Shown: positions 43,608-55,680, counted from the stretch's first letter. The stretch: 64,000 nt of DNA from Escherichia coli (GCF_022846255.1 NZ_AP025682.1), one strand, 5' to 3'. Numbers and translations are program-made. Notes: a model not told the origin generated them from the letters alone.

Positions 43608-45638
43608 TCACTGTTGCCCAGCCCAGATGACCAGCACTTTATCGTCGCCATGCTCACGAACAAAGCCGTAGCCCTGCTTCAGCGAAAGTGTCGTTTGTTT
43701 GCCCGCGCCAATTGCGGGATGGCGGGCGCGGAACTGGCTGATTTTCTGCCAGTGCGCGACGCTGGCGGCAGATTTACCGCTAACATCCTGCCAGTTCATA
43801 TCCGAACGCGTACCTTGCAGCGGATCAGAACCGGTAGGACCGAACGGACGCGAGGATTCATCGCCATAAAAGATTTGTACCGCGCCTGGCGCTAATAATA
43901 ATAACTCTGCTGCTTTGTCGCCCCCTTCACGGAACAGGCGGGTATCATGCGACGAGAGGTAGCTCAACACGTTGAAATCCTGCAATTTCTCCGCCATTTG
44001 CTGCCAGGTCGTATCCATCTGCGCCAGACAATCGACTGCTTTCGCCGCCTGCTCCTGATAATCGAAATTGATCATCGCATCGAAGCCGTAGCGATAGTAG
44101 TCACTTTGCATCACGCCGTGGCCCCAGGCTTCACCGGTCATCCAGAAAGGTTTGTCATCTAATGCTTTGTCGGGGTTAGCTTTTTTCCATTTGCGAAGTG
44201 CAGCGCTGGCTTCGGTTTTCAGTTGCTGCCAGGCGGGCAACTCAACATGTTTGGCGGTATCGACCCGAAAACCATCAATCCCATAGTCGCGGACCCACTG
44301 ACTTAACCAGTGGGTTAAGTAATCGCGAGGGGTAAAGCCGTCGATGTCTTTAGCGTGGGTATCCGTTTTGTTTTTATAGAACACTGGCAGACCAGAAGCG
44401 GTAGTTGATTCGGTTTTGATATCCGGCAAAAAGGCCAGCGACATAGTGAGATCGTCGAATCCAGGATTGTCGTAATCGCCGATATCCGTTCTGATCCAGT
44501 TTTTTCCCCACCATTTATCCCAGCCTGTTTTGTCGCTGAAATTAATGTAATCGTTAAAGCTATGCCAGGTTTGCCCGGCGGCAGGTTTCCAGTCGCTCCA
44601 GCGTTCACCCAGCGTTTTTTTCAGCTCGTCACCAGAAAGATATAACGCGCCAAACTGATACTCCTGCATATCCGCCAGCGTGGCATAGCCAGTGTGGTTC
44701 ATCACGACATCAAAGAGAATACGAATACCGCGCTGATGCGCGCTATCAACCAGCGTCCGTAGATCGGCTTTACTGCCCATATTGGCATCAAGATTCGTCC
44801 AGTCCTGTGTGTAATAACCATGGTAGGCATAATGCGGGAAATCACCTTTTGTACCGCCGCCGACCCAGCCGTGAATTTGCTCAAATGGGGCGCTTATCCA
44901 TAAAGCATTAACGCCCAACTGCTGGAGATAATCCAGTTTGTTGGTCAGGCCGCGTAAATCGCCGCCGTGAAAAGTGCCAATTTCCGCCATACCGTCTTTA
45001 TGACGTCCGTAACTCTGGTCATTATTGGGATCGCCGTTTTCGAAACGATCTGTCAGCACAAAGTAAACCGTGGCGTTATGCCAGTCGAAAGGGGCGGATG
45101 TGTCAGTTTCTGCCCGTTCCAGCAGGAGTAAACCGTTGCTGGTGGCAGCGGGTTGTAACGTTATTTGACCGTTCTTCACTATCGCAATTTGCTGGCTGTA
45201 ATAATCCCGGACGGCGGCTCCCTCCGGAAAAGTGGCGCTGACATCCAGTGTGAGCGGTAATCCATCCCATTTCGGGCATTCACGGACCAGGCTTGCTACC
45301 GGTTCGACGGCGTTCTGGATGGAAATCATCAATGTTGGCGTACCGGAGCGGGTGTCTAGTTGCAGCGTATATTCGCCGTCCCTGAACAATCGCCATTGAG
45401 GCGGCGTGTTGCTACAAGGTTGCAGGGAAAGCATCTGATTGAGTTTTATCGCATCCGCAGGCTGCCAGCACTGTTGGTCAAAATTTAGCATTAGTGGACG
45501 CGTACCTTTGGGCAATTGCGCGTGGCTGACAAATGTTCCCGTCCCCTGTTCGCTAAAGGCAGGGAATCCCGGAGAAGTCCAGCTGGCGGCAACGGCGAAG
45601 CCAGGAAGGAGTGTCAGAAAACAGGCGGCGAGTTTCAT
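43608..45638 (-). CDS. malS: Periplasmic alpha-amylase MalS (676 aa)
   Basis: MKLAACFLTLLPGFAVAASWTSPGFPAFSEQGTGTFVSHAQLPKGTRPLMLNFDQQCWQPADAIKLNQMLSLQPCSNTPPQWRLFRDGEYTLQLDTR... Confidence 0.96.
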   Translation of the reverse strand: MKLAACFLTLLPGFAVAASWTSPGFPAFSEQGTGTFVSHAQLPKGTRPLMLNFDQQCWQPADAIKLNQMLSLQPCSNTPPQWRLFRDGEYTLQLDTRSGTPTLMISIQNAVEPVASLVRECPKWDGLPLTLDVSATFPEGAAVRDYYSQQIAIVKNGQITLQPAATSNGLLLLERAETDTSAPFDWHNATVYFVLTDRFENGDPNNDQSYGRHKDGMAEIGTFHGGDLRGLTNKLDYLQQLGVNALWISAPFEQIHGWVGGGTKGDFPHYAYHGYYTQDWTNLDANMGSKADLRTLVDSAHQRGIRILFDVVMNHTGYATLADMQEYQFGALYLSGDELKKTLGERWSDWKPAAGQTWHSFNDYINFSDKTGWDKWWGKNWIRTDIGDYDNPGFDDLTMSLAFLPDIKTESTTASGLPVFYKNKTDTHAKDIDGFTPRDYLTHWLSQWVRDYGIDGFRVDTAKHVELPAWQQLKTEASAALRKWKKANPDKALDDKPFWMTGEAWGHGVMQSDYYRYGFDAMINFDYQEQAAKAVDCLAQMDTTWQQMAEKLQDFNVLSYLSSHDTRLFREGGDKAAELLLLAPGAVQIFYGDESSRPFGPTGSDPLQGTRSDMNWQDVSGKSAASVAHWQKISQFRARHPAIGAGKQTTLSLKQGYGFVREHGDDKVLVIWAGQQ

Positions 45639-45957
45639 GGCGGATGAGTCCTTATTGCTGCGATTTCAGACAGTTTGCCAGCGATAAGCCAGACAAAACT
45701 CATCCCTGAGCGGTAAGTCCACAGGATGAGAAGCAAGGGGGAGCGATCGCGCGCAAAAAACGGCTGAATTTTGCGATAAACCCCACATTTTCTGCGATTT
45801 AGCGCCAATCTGAATCGTTAACTCGTGACATAGTTTCAGATTTGGACTATTCCTTGGGGTGCTCTTGACAGCTATTTTTGATATGATTTGAGATTCAACT
45901 CTCAAATTTGTAAAAAATATAAGGTGTTGGAATGATTAAATCCGACCAGGAGACCTG

Positions 45958-46782
45958 ATGATTTTGACTCCCATACGACGATATGGGGCGATGATTCTTA
46001 TGTTACTCACTCTGGTGTTTTCGAGTGAGGTGTTAGCGAAGACGCACACAACAACAGCGAGTCAAAAGTCCCACTTAACTAAAGCTAGTAATAAACAGGT
46101 AAGCAGTAAACAAGAGTATTCTCGCAATAGTGCAAAGAGTAGTTCACTTCCTGATTTGCGAAAATACCCTTCCGGAACACCAAGGAAAAAGGCGTTTCTC
46201 CGGACTGTAATGCCTTACATTACCAGCCAAAATGCGGCCATTACTGCGGAACGTAACTGGCTGATTTCAAAACAGTATCAGGGCCAATGGTCACCTGCTG
46301 AGCGTGCGCGTCTGAAAGACATCGCCAAACGCTACAAGGTGAAGTGGTCTGGTAATACGCGAAAAATCCCGTGGAATACCTTGCTTGAACGCGTAGACAT
46401 TATCCCTACCAGTATGGTGGCGACGATGGCTGCAGCAGAAAGCGGTTGGGGAACGTCAAAGCTGGCGCGCAACAACAACAACCTGTTCGGCATGAAATGC
46501 ATGAAAGGACGTTGTACCAATGCGCCGGGTAAAGTGAAAGGGTACTCACAGTTTAGTTCTGTCAAAGAATCGGTGAGCGCCTATGTCACTAACCTCAATA
46601 CGCACCCGGCTTACTCTTCGTTCCGTAAATCGCGTGCACAACTGCGTAAAGCGGATCAGGAAGTGACTGCCACAGCGATGATTCACAAGCTGAAGGGCTA
46701 CTCGACCAAAGGGAAGAGTTATAACAACTACCTGTTCGCAATGTACCAGGATAACCAACGGTTAATCGCGGCGCATATGTAA
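45958..46782 (+). CDS. bax: Bax protein, glucosaminidase-like (274 aa)
   Basis: MILTPIRRYGAMILMLLTLVFSSEVLAKTHTTTASQKSHLTKASNKQVSSKQEYSRNSAKSSSLPDLRKYPSGTPRKKAFLRTVMPYITSQN... Confidence 0.93.
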   Translation: MILTPIRRYGAMILMLLTLVFSSEVLAKTHTTTASQKSHLTKASNKQVSSKQEYSRNSAKSSSLPDLRKYPSGTPRKKAFLRTVMPYITSQNAAITAERNWLISKQYQGQWSPAERARLKDIAKRYKVKWSGNTRKIPWNTLLERVDIIPTSMVATMAAAESGWGTSKLARNNNNLFGMKCMKGRCTNAPGKVKGYSQFSSVKESVSAYVTNLNTHPAYSSFRKSRAQLRKADQEVTATAMIHKLKGYSTKGKSYNNYLFAMYQDNQRLIAAHM

Positions 46783-46796
46783 TTGCATTTCCTCGA

Positions 46797-46830
46797 GCCT
46801 TATCCGACTTGTCAGGCGGATAAGGCTTTT
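46797..46830 (+). terminator. Rho-independent terminator of bax, followed by a degenerate REP-like remnant
   Basis: agccttatccg acttgtcag cggataaggct followed by tttt; the ...acctgatgcgacgc tract after it resembles a REP fragment. Confidence 0.65.
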
Positions 46831-46889
46831 GCTCGTATCAGGTGGTTGTGCTGAGTTACCTGATGCGACGCCGATAATTCTCATCATCG

Positions 46890-48068
46890 CTACAACATGA
46901 CCTCGCTATTTACATCGCGATACTCTTTTGGCGTTGTGTCATATGCTTTTTTAAAAACAGAGTAGAAATATTGCAGCGATGGATAACCGCACATTTGCGA
47001 TATCTCGTTAATTGACAAGGTGGTTGAAATCAGCAGACTGCGCGCTTTCTCCAGCTTCTCGGCATGAATCATGGCATGGATGGTTTCACCCACCTCTTCT
47101 TTAAAACGCTTCTCAAGATTGGAGCGTGATATGCCCACCGCATCCAGTACCTGATCCACTTTAATCCCTTTACAGGCGTGATTACGAATGTAATGCATGG
47201 CCTGAATAACGGCGGGATCGGTCAGCGAGCGGTAATCCGTTGAACGTCGTTCAATCACGCGGACTGGCGGGACCAAAATCCGCTGTAGCGGCATTTCTTC
47301 TTTATCTAATAATCGATGCAACAGTTTTGCCGCCTGATAGCCCATTTGCCGTGCGCCCTGAGCGACAGAAGAGAGAGCGACGCGCGAAAGATAGCGGGTC
47401 AGTTCTTCGTTATCGATGCCAATCACGCATAATTTTTCCGGTACGGGAATGTGTAGATGTTCACATACTTGCAGAATATGCCGCGCCCGGGCGTCAGTAA
47501 CGGCAATAATCCCGGTTTGCGGTGGCAGCGTTTGTAGCCAGTCTGCCAGCCGATTTTGCGCGTGTTGCCAGTTCTCTGGCGCGGTTTCTAACCCCTGATA
47601 AACCACTCCGCGATACTTTTCTTCGGCGACAAGCTGACGAAATGCATATTCGCGTTCAGTGGCCCAACGTTTACCGCTTGATTCCGGAAGACCATAAAAA
47701 GCAAAGCGGTTAACGCCTTTCTCTTTTAAATGCAAAAATGCGCTTTCAACCAGCGCATAGTTATCGGTGGCAATGTAATGAACGGGTGGGTAACTTTCGG
47801 CAAGGTGATACGAGCCACCAACCCCAACAATGGGGACGTCGACATCAGCCAGCGCTTGCTCGATTTGTTTGTCGTCGAAGTCGGCAATGACGCCATCTCC
47901 TAACCAGTCCTTGATTTTATCAATGCGGGCGCGGAAATCTTCTTCAATGAAAATATCCCATTCCGATTGTGACGCCTGTAAATATTCCCCTACGCCTTCT
48001 ACTACCTGCCGGTCATAGGCTTTATTGGCATTGAACAGTAATGTGATGCGGTGACGTTTAGTAAACAT
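46890..48068 (-). CDS. xylR: AraC-family xylose operon activator XylR (392 aa)
   Basis: MFTKRHRITLLFNANKAYDRQVVEGVGEYLQASQSEWDIFIEEDFRARIDKIKDWLGDGVIADFDDKQIEQALADVDVPIVGVGGSYHLAES... Confidence 0.96.
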   Translation of the reverse strand: MFTKRHRITLLFNANKAYDRQVVEGVGEYLQASQSEWDIFIEEDFRARIDKIKDWLGDGVIADFDDKQIEQALADVDVPIVGVGGSYHLAESYPPVHYIATDNYALVESAFLHLKEKGVNRFAFYGLPESSGKRWATEREYAFRQLVAEEKYRGVVYQGLETAPENWQHAQNRLADWLQTLPPQTGIIAVTDARARHILQVCEHLHIPVPEKLCVIGIDNEELTRYLSRVALSSVAQGARQMGYQAAKLLHRLLDKEEMPLQRILVPPVRVIERRSTDYRSLTDPAVIQAMHYIRNHACKGIKVDQVLDAVGISRSNLEKRFKEEVGETIHAMIHAEKLEKARSLLISTTLSINEISQMCGYPSLQYFYSVFKKAYDTTPKEYRDVNSEVML

Positions 48069-48145
48069 GGTTCTTTTCCTGCTGAATCATGCAAAAACTC
48101 AAAACCGGTAATACGTTACCGGCTTTGAGAAAATTTTTATCAAAA

Positions 48146-49327
48146 TCAAGAACGGCGTTTGGTTGCGGAGTCCATCCATACTGCCAGCAACAGAATCGCA
48201 CCTTTAACGATATACTGCCAGAAGGTCGGTACATCCATCATACTCATGCCGTTATCCAGTGAAGCCATGATGAATGCCCCCATTACCGCTCCAGCCACGC
48301 TCCCGACGCCGCCTGCCAGACTGGTGCCGCCAATCACACATGCTGCAATTGCGTCCAGTTCGGCGATATTTCCCGCAGAAGGTGAACCAGCGCCGAGTCG
48401 AGAACTGAGGATTAATCCGGCGATGGCTACCATTAATCCGTTAATAGCGAACACGGCAAGTTTGGTGCGTTCAACGTTAATCCCGGAGAGACGTGCCGCT
48501 TCCAGATTGCCGCCGATGGCATAAATGCGTCGTCCAAATGCCGTCCGCGTTGCCATAAACATTCCGCCGAGTAACAGCAACGTCAGCAGCAGAACAGGAG
48601 TGGGAACACCACGGTAATCATTCAACAGCCAGATTGCGCCTAATACGATGATAGCGGTTAAAGCCTGGCGACCGACTACTGCGGTAGAGGCCGGAGACTG
48701 CAAACCCAAAGCCTGACGGCGCATTCTTCCGCGCCATTGCCAGCCAACAAAAGCCATTAAGCCAAGCGCGCCAATGATGAAGCCGGTGCTGGCAGGTAGA
48801 TAGCTTTGCCCAATTTGTGACATCGCGGCGCTGGTGGGGGAAACAGTCGTGCCGTTGGTGATGCCAATGAGTATGCCACGAAATGCCAACATGCCCGCGA
48901 GGGTGACAATAAATGAAGGGACTTTGCGGTACGCGACCCACCATCCGTTCCAGGCTCCGAGAAGCAGTCCCAGAACCAACGTCACAATGATGGTAAGTGG
49001 CAAAGGCCAGCCTAGCCAGACGTCACAAATCGCCGCGACGCCACCTAACAGCCCCATCATTGAGCCGACGGAAAGGTCGATTTCAGCAGAAATTATGACG
49101 AACACCATTCCTACCGCGAGGATGCCGGTAATTGCGGTTTGGCGTAACAGGTTGGAGACGTTACGGGCGCTTAAGTAGGCACCATCGGTGGTCCAGGTAA
49201 AGAACAGCATGATTGCGATGATAGCTGCAATCATCACGAAGACCTGCAAATTCAGTGATTTCAGCCCGGAAAAGCCACCGGATGTCGGTACGGCTAATTT
49301 CACTTCAGACGGATTGCTTTTCGACAT
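48146..49327 (-). CDS. xylH: D-xylose ABC transporter permease XylH (393 aa)
   Basis: [89 protein letters not shown]... Confidence 0.96.
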
Positions 49328-50846
49328 GATGTTCGCTCCTCAATGCGGCTTCCATCACCTGCTCCTGAGTCAGGTTATGATTTATCAGGTTGGCTTTTAG
49401 TTTCCCTTCATGCATCACCAGTACACGATCGCTAAGGCCGAGCACTTCAGGTAATTCGGAAGAGATGACAATAACGGCAATACCCTGCTGGACGAGTTGG
49501 TTAATTAATTTGTAGATCTCGTATTTCGCGCCAATATCGATACCCCTGGTGGGTTCATCAAGAATGAGAATGCGCGGGTTAAGTAACAGACAGCGAGCGA
49601 GGATCGCTTTTTGTTGATTGCCGCCGCTCAAACGTCCAATAGCAAGGTCGGGGGACGACGTTTTAACTTTGAGTTGCTGGATTGATTCCAGAATACATTT
49701 TTGCTCTGCCGCGTCATCAAGCTGGCTAATACTACCGGTAAATTTTTTGAGTGCGGCGAGGGTAATATTTTTACCAACCGCCATTACCGGAACGATGCCG
49801 TCGCGCTTTCTGTCTTCGGGTACCATCGCAATCCCCTGGGCGATGGCTTGCTGACAGTTACGAATATCTACCTGTTTGCCGTCAATATAAATTTTCCCTT
49901 CCCATTGTCCGGGCCACACACCAAACAGGCACTGAATAGTCTCGGTACGTCCGGCACCAACGAGTCCGGCGATACCCAGTATTTCGCCACGTTTCAGGGA
50001 AAACGAGACATCATTAACTCGTTTAATATGACGATTAACCGGATGCCATGCCGTCAGATGTTCAATACGTAATATTTCATCTCCGGTGGTATGTGGTTCA
50101 TTAGGGTAAAGCGCGGTTAACTCCCGCCCGACCATCATGGTGATAATATCGTCTTCACTCATTCCAGCAGCATCACGCGTGCCAATGTGCTGACCGTCGC
50201 GAATAACGCAAATCGTATCGGAAATCGCTTTGACTTCGTTGAGTTTGTGCGAAATATAAATACAGGCGATACCGTGCTGTTGTAGATCGCGAATAATATC
50301 CAGTAAAACCGACGTTTCCTGCTCAGTTAATGAGGCTGTCGGCTCATCGAGAATTAACAAACGCACCTGTTTATTAAGTGCCTTGGCAATTTCAACCAGT
50401 TGTTGTTGCCCAAGTCCTAAATCGCCAACGCGGGTATCAGGTGAAATGGATAAACTGACCTGTGCGAGCAGCTTCTGACAGCGTAGCGTCATCAGGTCAT
50501 AATCCATAATGCCATTATGGGTTATTTCGTTACCCAGGAAGATATTTTCCAGCACGGTCAGTTCTTTCACCAGCGCCAATTCCTGGTGAATAATGGCGAT
50601 ACCTTTGCGTTCGGTATCGCGGATGTGACTCGCCTGAATCTCTTCTCCCGCAAAAATAATTTCGCCTTCGTAGGAACCATGGGGATAAATACCACACAGC
50701 ACTTTCATCAGCGTTGATTTACCTGACCCATTTTCCCCACAGAGTGAGACGATTTCGCCAGCATTCAACCGCAAGCTGACGTTATCAATCGCCTTCACAC
50801 TGCCGAAGGTTTTGGTAATGTTCTTCATTTCAAGTAGATAAGGCAT
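49305..50846 (-). CDS. xylG: D-xylose ABC transporter ATP-binding protein XylG (513 aa)
   Basis: [71 protein letters not shown]...; two ABC domains; start set at the ATG at 50844-50846. Confidence 0.95.
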
Positions 50847-50923
50847 AACGACTCCACCTAAGCCAATTAATTCACGCGGCATGGAGAGAAATCACGCCCC
50901 CGCTCCGCGCCGGGGCGTAACGC

Positions 50924-51916
50924 TTACAGCTCGCTCTCTTTGTGGAATCCGTCTTTAACTACCGTATCTTTGATGTTGTTTTTATTCACATCGATCGGTG
51001 TCAGCAGGCGGGAGGGAACATCTTTCAGGCCATTATTCAGTGTGGTATCCGCTTTTGGCTCCTGACCATTGCCCAACTCAACGGCAATTTCTGCGGCAGT
51101 ATTTGCCAACAATGTAATAGGTTTATACACCGTCATAGTTTGCGTACCGGCAGCAATACGTTTAATACCTGCAAGATCCGCATCCTGGCCGGAAATTGCT
51201 ACTTTCCCTGATAAACCTTGCGCGCTTAATGCCTGAATTGCCCCTCCTGCGGTGGCATCATTTGAGGCAACTACAGCATCAATTTTGTTATTATTGGCGG
51301 TTAGCGCGTTTTCCATAATTTTCAATGCGTTTTCCGGTAACCAGCCATCAACCCATTGGTCACCAACGACTTTAATTTTTCCGGAATCAACATAAGGTTT
51401 TAATACTTTCATTTGCCCGGCGCGGAACAGCTTGGCGTTGTTATCTACCGGCGAGCCGCCCATCAGGAAGTAATTACCTTGCGGAACAATATCGACCAGG
51501 GCTTTTGCCTGCAGTTCACCGACTTTTTCGTTATCGAAAGAAATATAAAAATCGATATCCGCATCGTTAATCATACGGTCGTAAGCTAATACTTTAATAC
51601 CTTCTTGTTTGGCTTCTTTGACAACGTTACTTAATACCTGACCGTTATAAGGAATAATGACAAGAACATCGACACCCCGGTTAATCATGTTTTCAATCTG
51701 CGACATTTGTGTTTCTTCATTGCCATTTGCAGACTGTACAAATACTTTCGCGCCGAGAGATTCTGCTTTTTTCACAAAAATATCTCGATCTTTTTGCCAG
51801 CGTTCAAGACGGAGATCATCAATCGCCATACCTATTTTGACTTCTTTGGCGTGTGCCGCAACGTTGGTAAGCAGAAGTGAGGTGCAAAGGGTGAGTAGAA
51901 TGTTCTTTATTTTCAT
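50924..51916 (-). CDS. xylF: D-xylose ABC transporter periplasmic binding protein XylF (330 aa)
   Basis: MKIKNILLTLCTSLLLTNVAAHAKEVKIGMAIDDLRLERWQKDRDIFVKKAESLGAKVFVQSANGNEETQMSQIENMINRGVDVLVIIPYNG...; start set at the ATG at 51914-51916. Confidence 0.95.
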   Translation of the reverse strand: MKIKNILLTLCTSLLLTNVAAHAKEVKIGMAIDDLRLERWQKDRDIFVKKAESLGAKVFVQSANGNEETQMSQIENMINRGVDVLVIIPYNGQVLSNVVKEAKQEGIKVLAYDRMINDADIDFYISFDNEKVGELQAKALVDIVPQGNYFLMGGSPVDNNAKLFRAGQMKVLKPYVDSGKIKVVGDQWVDGWLPENALKIMENALTANNNKIDAVVASNDATAGGAIQALSAQGLSGKVAISGQDADLAGIKRIAAGTQTMTVYKPITLLANTAAEIAVELGNGQEPKADTTLNNGLKDVPSRLLTPIDVNKNNIKDTVVKDGFHKESEL

Positions 51917-52281
51917 GGTGTAGGGCCTTCTGTAGTTAGAGGACAGCTTTAATAAGTAACAATCACCGCGATAAACGTAACCAATTTTTAGCAACTAAAC
52001 AGGGGAAAACAATTACAGATTTTTATCTTTCGATTACGATTTTTGGTTTATTTCTTGATTTATGACCGAGATCTTACTTTTGTTGCGCAATTGTACTTAT
52101 TGCATTTTTCTCTTCGAGGAATTACCCAGTTTCATCATCCCATTTTATTTTGCGAGCGAGCGCACACTTGTGAATTATCTCAATAGCAGTGTGAAATAAC
52201 ATAATTGAGCAACTGAAAGGGAGTGCCCAATATTACGACATCATCCATCACCCGCGGCATTACCTGATTATGGAGTTCAAT
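51917..52281. promoter_or_regulatory. Divergent xylFGH / xylAB control region (XylR and CRP dependent)
   Basis: 365-bp AT-rich spacer between divergently transcribed xylF and xylA; individual sites not resolved by eye. Confidence 0.6.
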
Positions 52282-53604
52282 ATGCAAGCCTATTTTGACC
52301 AGCTCGATCGCGTTCGTTATGAAGGCTCAAAATCCTCAAACCCGTTAGCATTCCGTCACTACAATCCCGACGAACTGGTGTTGGGCAAGCGTATGGAAGA
52401 GCACTTGCGTTTTGCCGCCTGCTACTGGCACACCTTCTGCTGGAACGGGGCGGATATGTTTGGTGTGGGAGCGTTTAATCGTCCGTGGCAGCAGCCTGGT
52501 GAGGCACTGGCGTTGGCGAAGCGTAAAGCAGATGTCGCATTTGAGTTTTTCCACAAGTTACATGTGCCATTTTATTGCTTCCACGATGTGGATGTTTCCC
52601 CTGAGGGCGCGTCGTTAAAAGAGTACATCAATAATTTTGCGCAAATGGTTGATGTCCTGGCAGGCAAGCAAGAAGAGAGCGGCGTGAAGCTGCTGTGGGG
52701 AACTGCTAACTGCTTTACAAACCCTCGCTATGGCGCGGGTGCGGCGACGAACCCAGATCCTGAAGTCTTCAGTTGGGCGGCAACGCAAGTTGTTACAGCG
52801 ATGGAAGCAACCCATAAATTGGGCGGTGAAAACTATGTCCTGTGGGGTGGTCGTGAAGGTTACGAAACGCTGTTAAATACCGACTTGCGCCAGGAGCGTG
52901 AACAGCTGGGCCGCTTTATGCAGATGGTGGTTGAGCATAAACATAAAATCGGTTTCCAGGGCACGTTGCTTATCGAACCGAAACCGCAAGAACCGACCAA
53001 ACATCAATATGATTACGATGCTGCGACGGTCTATGGCTTCCTGAAACAGTTTGGTCTGGAAAAAGAGATTAAACTGAATATTGAAGCTAACCACGCGACG
53101 CTGGCAGGTCACTCTTTCCATCATGAAATAGCCACCGCCATTGCGCTTGGCCTGTTCGGTTCTGTCGACGCCAACCGTGGCGATGCGCAACTGGGCTGGG
53201 ACACCGACCAGTTCCCGAACAGTGTGGAAGAGAATGCGCTGGTGATGTATGAAATTCTCAAAGCAGGCGGTTTCACCACCGGTGGTCTGAACTTCGATGC
53301 CAAAGTACGTCGTCAAAGTACTGATAAATATGATCTGTTTTACGGTCATATCGGCGCGATGGATACGATGGCGTTGGCGCTGAAAATTGCAGCGCGCATG
53401 ATTGAAGATGGCGAGCTGGATAAACGCATCGCGCAGCGTTATTCCGGCTGGAATAGTGAATTAGGCCAGCAAATCCTGAAAGGCCAAATGTCACTGGCAG
53501 ATTTAGCCAAATATGCTCAGGAACATAATTTGTCTCCGGTGCATCAGAGTGGTCGCCAGGAGCAACTGGAAAATCTGGTAAATCATTATCTGTTCGACAA
53601 ATAA
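52282..53604 (+). CDS. xylA: Xylose isomerase (440 aa)
   Basis: [104 protein letters not shown]... Confidence 0.97.
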
Positions 53605-53675
53605 CGGCTAACTGTGCAGTCCGTTGGCCCGGTTATCAGTAGCGATACCGGGCATTTTTTTAAGGAACGATCGAT

Positions 53676-55130
53676 ATGTATATCGGGATAGATCTTGGCA
53701 CCTCGGGCGTAAAAGTTATTTTGCTCAACGAGCAGGGTGAGGTGGTTGCTGCGCAAACGGAAAAGCTGACCGTTTCGCGCCCGCATCCACTCTGGTCGGA
53801 ACAAGACCCGGAACAGTGGTGGCAGGCAACTGATCGCGCAATGAAAGCTCTGGGCGTTCAGCATTCTCTGCAAGACGTTAAAGCATTAGGTATTGCCGGA
53901 CAGATGCACGGTGCAACCTTACTGGATGCTCAGCAACGGGTGTTACGCCCTGCCATTTTGTGGAACGACGGGCGCTGTGCGCAAGAGTGCACTTTGCTGG
54001 AAGCGCGAGTTCCGCAATCGCGGGTGATTACCGGCAACCTGATGATGCCCGGATTTACTGCGCCTAAATTGCTATGGGTTCAGCGGCATGAGCCGGAGAT
54101 ATTCCGTCAAATCGATAAAGTATTATTACCGAAAGATTACTTGCGTCTGCGTATGACGGGGGAGTTTGCCAGCGATATGTCTGACGCAGCTGGCACTATG
54201 TGGCTGGATGTCGCAAAGCGTGACTGGAGCGATCTCATGCTGCAGGCTTGCCACTTATCTCGTGACCAGATGCCCGCATTATACGAAGGCAGCGAAATTA
54301 CTGGTGCTTTGTTACCTGAAGTTGCGAAAGCGTGGGGTATGGCGGCGGTGCCAGTTATCGCAGGCGGTGGCGACAATGCAGCTGGTGCGGTTGGTGTGGG
54401 AATGGTTGATGCTAATCAGGCAATGTTATCGCTGGGGACGTCGGGGGTCTATTTTGCTGTCAGCGAAGGGTTCTTAAGCAAGCCAGAAAGCGCCGTACAT
54501 AGCTTTTGCCATGCGTTACCGCAACGTTGGCATTTAATGTCTGTAATGCTGAGTGCAGCGTCGTGTCTGGATTGGGCCGCGAAATTAACCGGCCTGAGCA
54601 ATGTCCCAGCTTTAATCGCTGCAGCTCAACAGGCTGATGAAAGTGCCGAGCCAGTTTGGTTTCTGCCTTATCTTTCCGGCGAGCGTACGCCACACAATAA
54701 TCCCCAGGCGAAGGGGGTTTTCTTTGGTTTGACTCATCAACATGGCCCCAATGAACTGGCGCGAGCAGTGCTGGAAGGCGTGGGTTATGCGCTGGCAGAT
54801 GGCATGGATGTCGTGCATGCCTGCGGCATTAAACCGCAAAGTGTTACGTTGATTGGTGGCGGGGCGCGTAGTGAGTACTGGCGTCAAATGCTGGCGGATA
54901 TCAGCGGTCAGCAGCTCGATTACCGTACGGGGGGGGATGTGGGGCCAGCACTGGGCGCAGCAAGGCTGGCGCAGATTGCGGCGAATCCAGAGAAATCGCT
55001 CATTGAGTTGTTGCCGCAGTTACCGTTAGAACAGTCGCATCTACCAGATGCGCAGCGTTATGCCGCTTATCAGCCACGACGAGAAACGTTCCGTCGCCTC
55101 TATCAGCAACTTCTGCCATTAATGGCGTAA
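53676..55130 (+). CDS. xylB: Xylulokinase (484 aa)
   Basis: MYIGIDLGTSGVKVILLNEQGEVVAAQTEKLTVSRPHPLWSEQDPEQWWQATDRAMKALGVQHSLQDVKALGIAGQMHGATLLDAQQRVLRPAILWNDGR... Confidence 0.97.
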   Translation: MYIGIDLGTSGVKVILLNEQGEVVAAQTEKLTVSRPHPLWSEQDPEQWWQATDRAMKALGVQHSLQDVKALGIAGQMHGATLLDAQQRVLRPAILWNDGRCAQECTLLEARVPQSRVITGNLMMPGFTAPKLLWVQRHEPEIFRQIDKVLLPKDYLRLRMTGEFASDMSDAAGTMWLDVAKRDWSDLMLQACHLSRDQMPALYEGSEITGALLPEVAKAWGMAAVPVIAGGGDNAAGAVGVGMVDANQAMLSLGTSGVYFAVSEGFLSKPESAVHSFCHALPQRWHLMSVMLSAASCLDWAAKLTGLSNVPALIAAAQQADESAEPVWFLPYLSGERTPHNNPQAKGVFFGLTHQHGPNELARAVLEGVGYALADGMDVVHACGIKPQSVTLIGGGARSEYWRQMLADISGQQLDYRTGGDVGPALGAARLAQIAANPEKSLIELLPQLPLEQSHLPDAQRYAAYQPRRETFRRLYQQLLPLMA

Positions 55131-55294
55131 ACGTTATCCTCTGCCTGACCGGGTGGGGGATAATTCACATCTATATATCTCAGTAATTAATATTTAGTAT
55201 GAATTTATTCTGAAAATCATTTGTTAATGGCATTTTTCAGTTTTGTCTTTCGTTGGTTACTCGTAATGTATCGCTGGTAGATATGGAGATCGTT

Positions 55295-55636
55295 ATGAAA
55301 ACCTCAAAGACTGTGGCAAAACTATTATTTGTTGTCGGGGCGCTGGTTTATCTGGTTGGGCTATGGATCTCATGCCCATTGTTAAGTGGAAAAGGCTATT
55401 TTCTTGGCATATTAATGACAGCAACTTTTGGCAACTATGCATATCTTCGCGCAGAAAAACTCGGGCAACTGGATAATTTTTTTACCCATATCTGCCAGTT
55501 AGTTGCGTTAATCACTATCGGTCTCTTGTTTATCGGTGTTTTAAACGCACCTATCAATGCTTATGAAATGGTGATCTACCCTATCGCCTTTTTTGTCTGC
55601 TTGTTTGGTCAAATGCGTTTGTTTCGCTCGGCATGA
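55295..55636 (+). CDS. yiaB: Inner membrane protein YiaB (113 aa)
   Basis: MKTSKTVAKLLFVVGALVYLVGLWISCPLLSGKGYFLGILMTATFGNYAYLRAEKLGQLDNFFTHICQLVALITIGLLFIGVLNAPINAYEMV...; paralog of the downstream yiaA. Confidence 0.85.
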   Translation: MKTSKTVAKLLFVVGALVYLVGLWISCPLLSGKGYFLGILMTATFGNYAYLRAEKLGQLDNFFTHICQLVALITIGLLFIGVLNAPINAYEMVIYPIAFFVCLFGQMRLFRSA

Positions 55637-55680
55637 GCAACATAAAGCTCTTACACATTCAGGAATGAAGGAATACTGTG

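Noticed and set aside
45666-45905. 79-aa minus-strand ORF in the malS-bax intergenic region
   Set aside because: Lies in a divergent promoter region (MalT-box-like GGATGA motifs present), has no convincing ribosome-binding site and no recognisable protein features.
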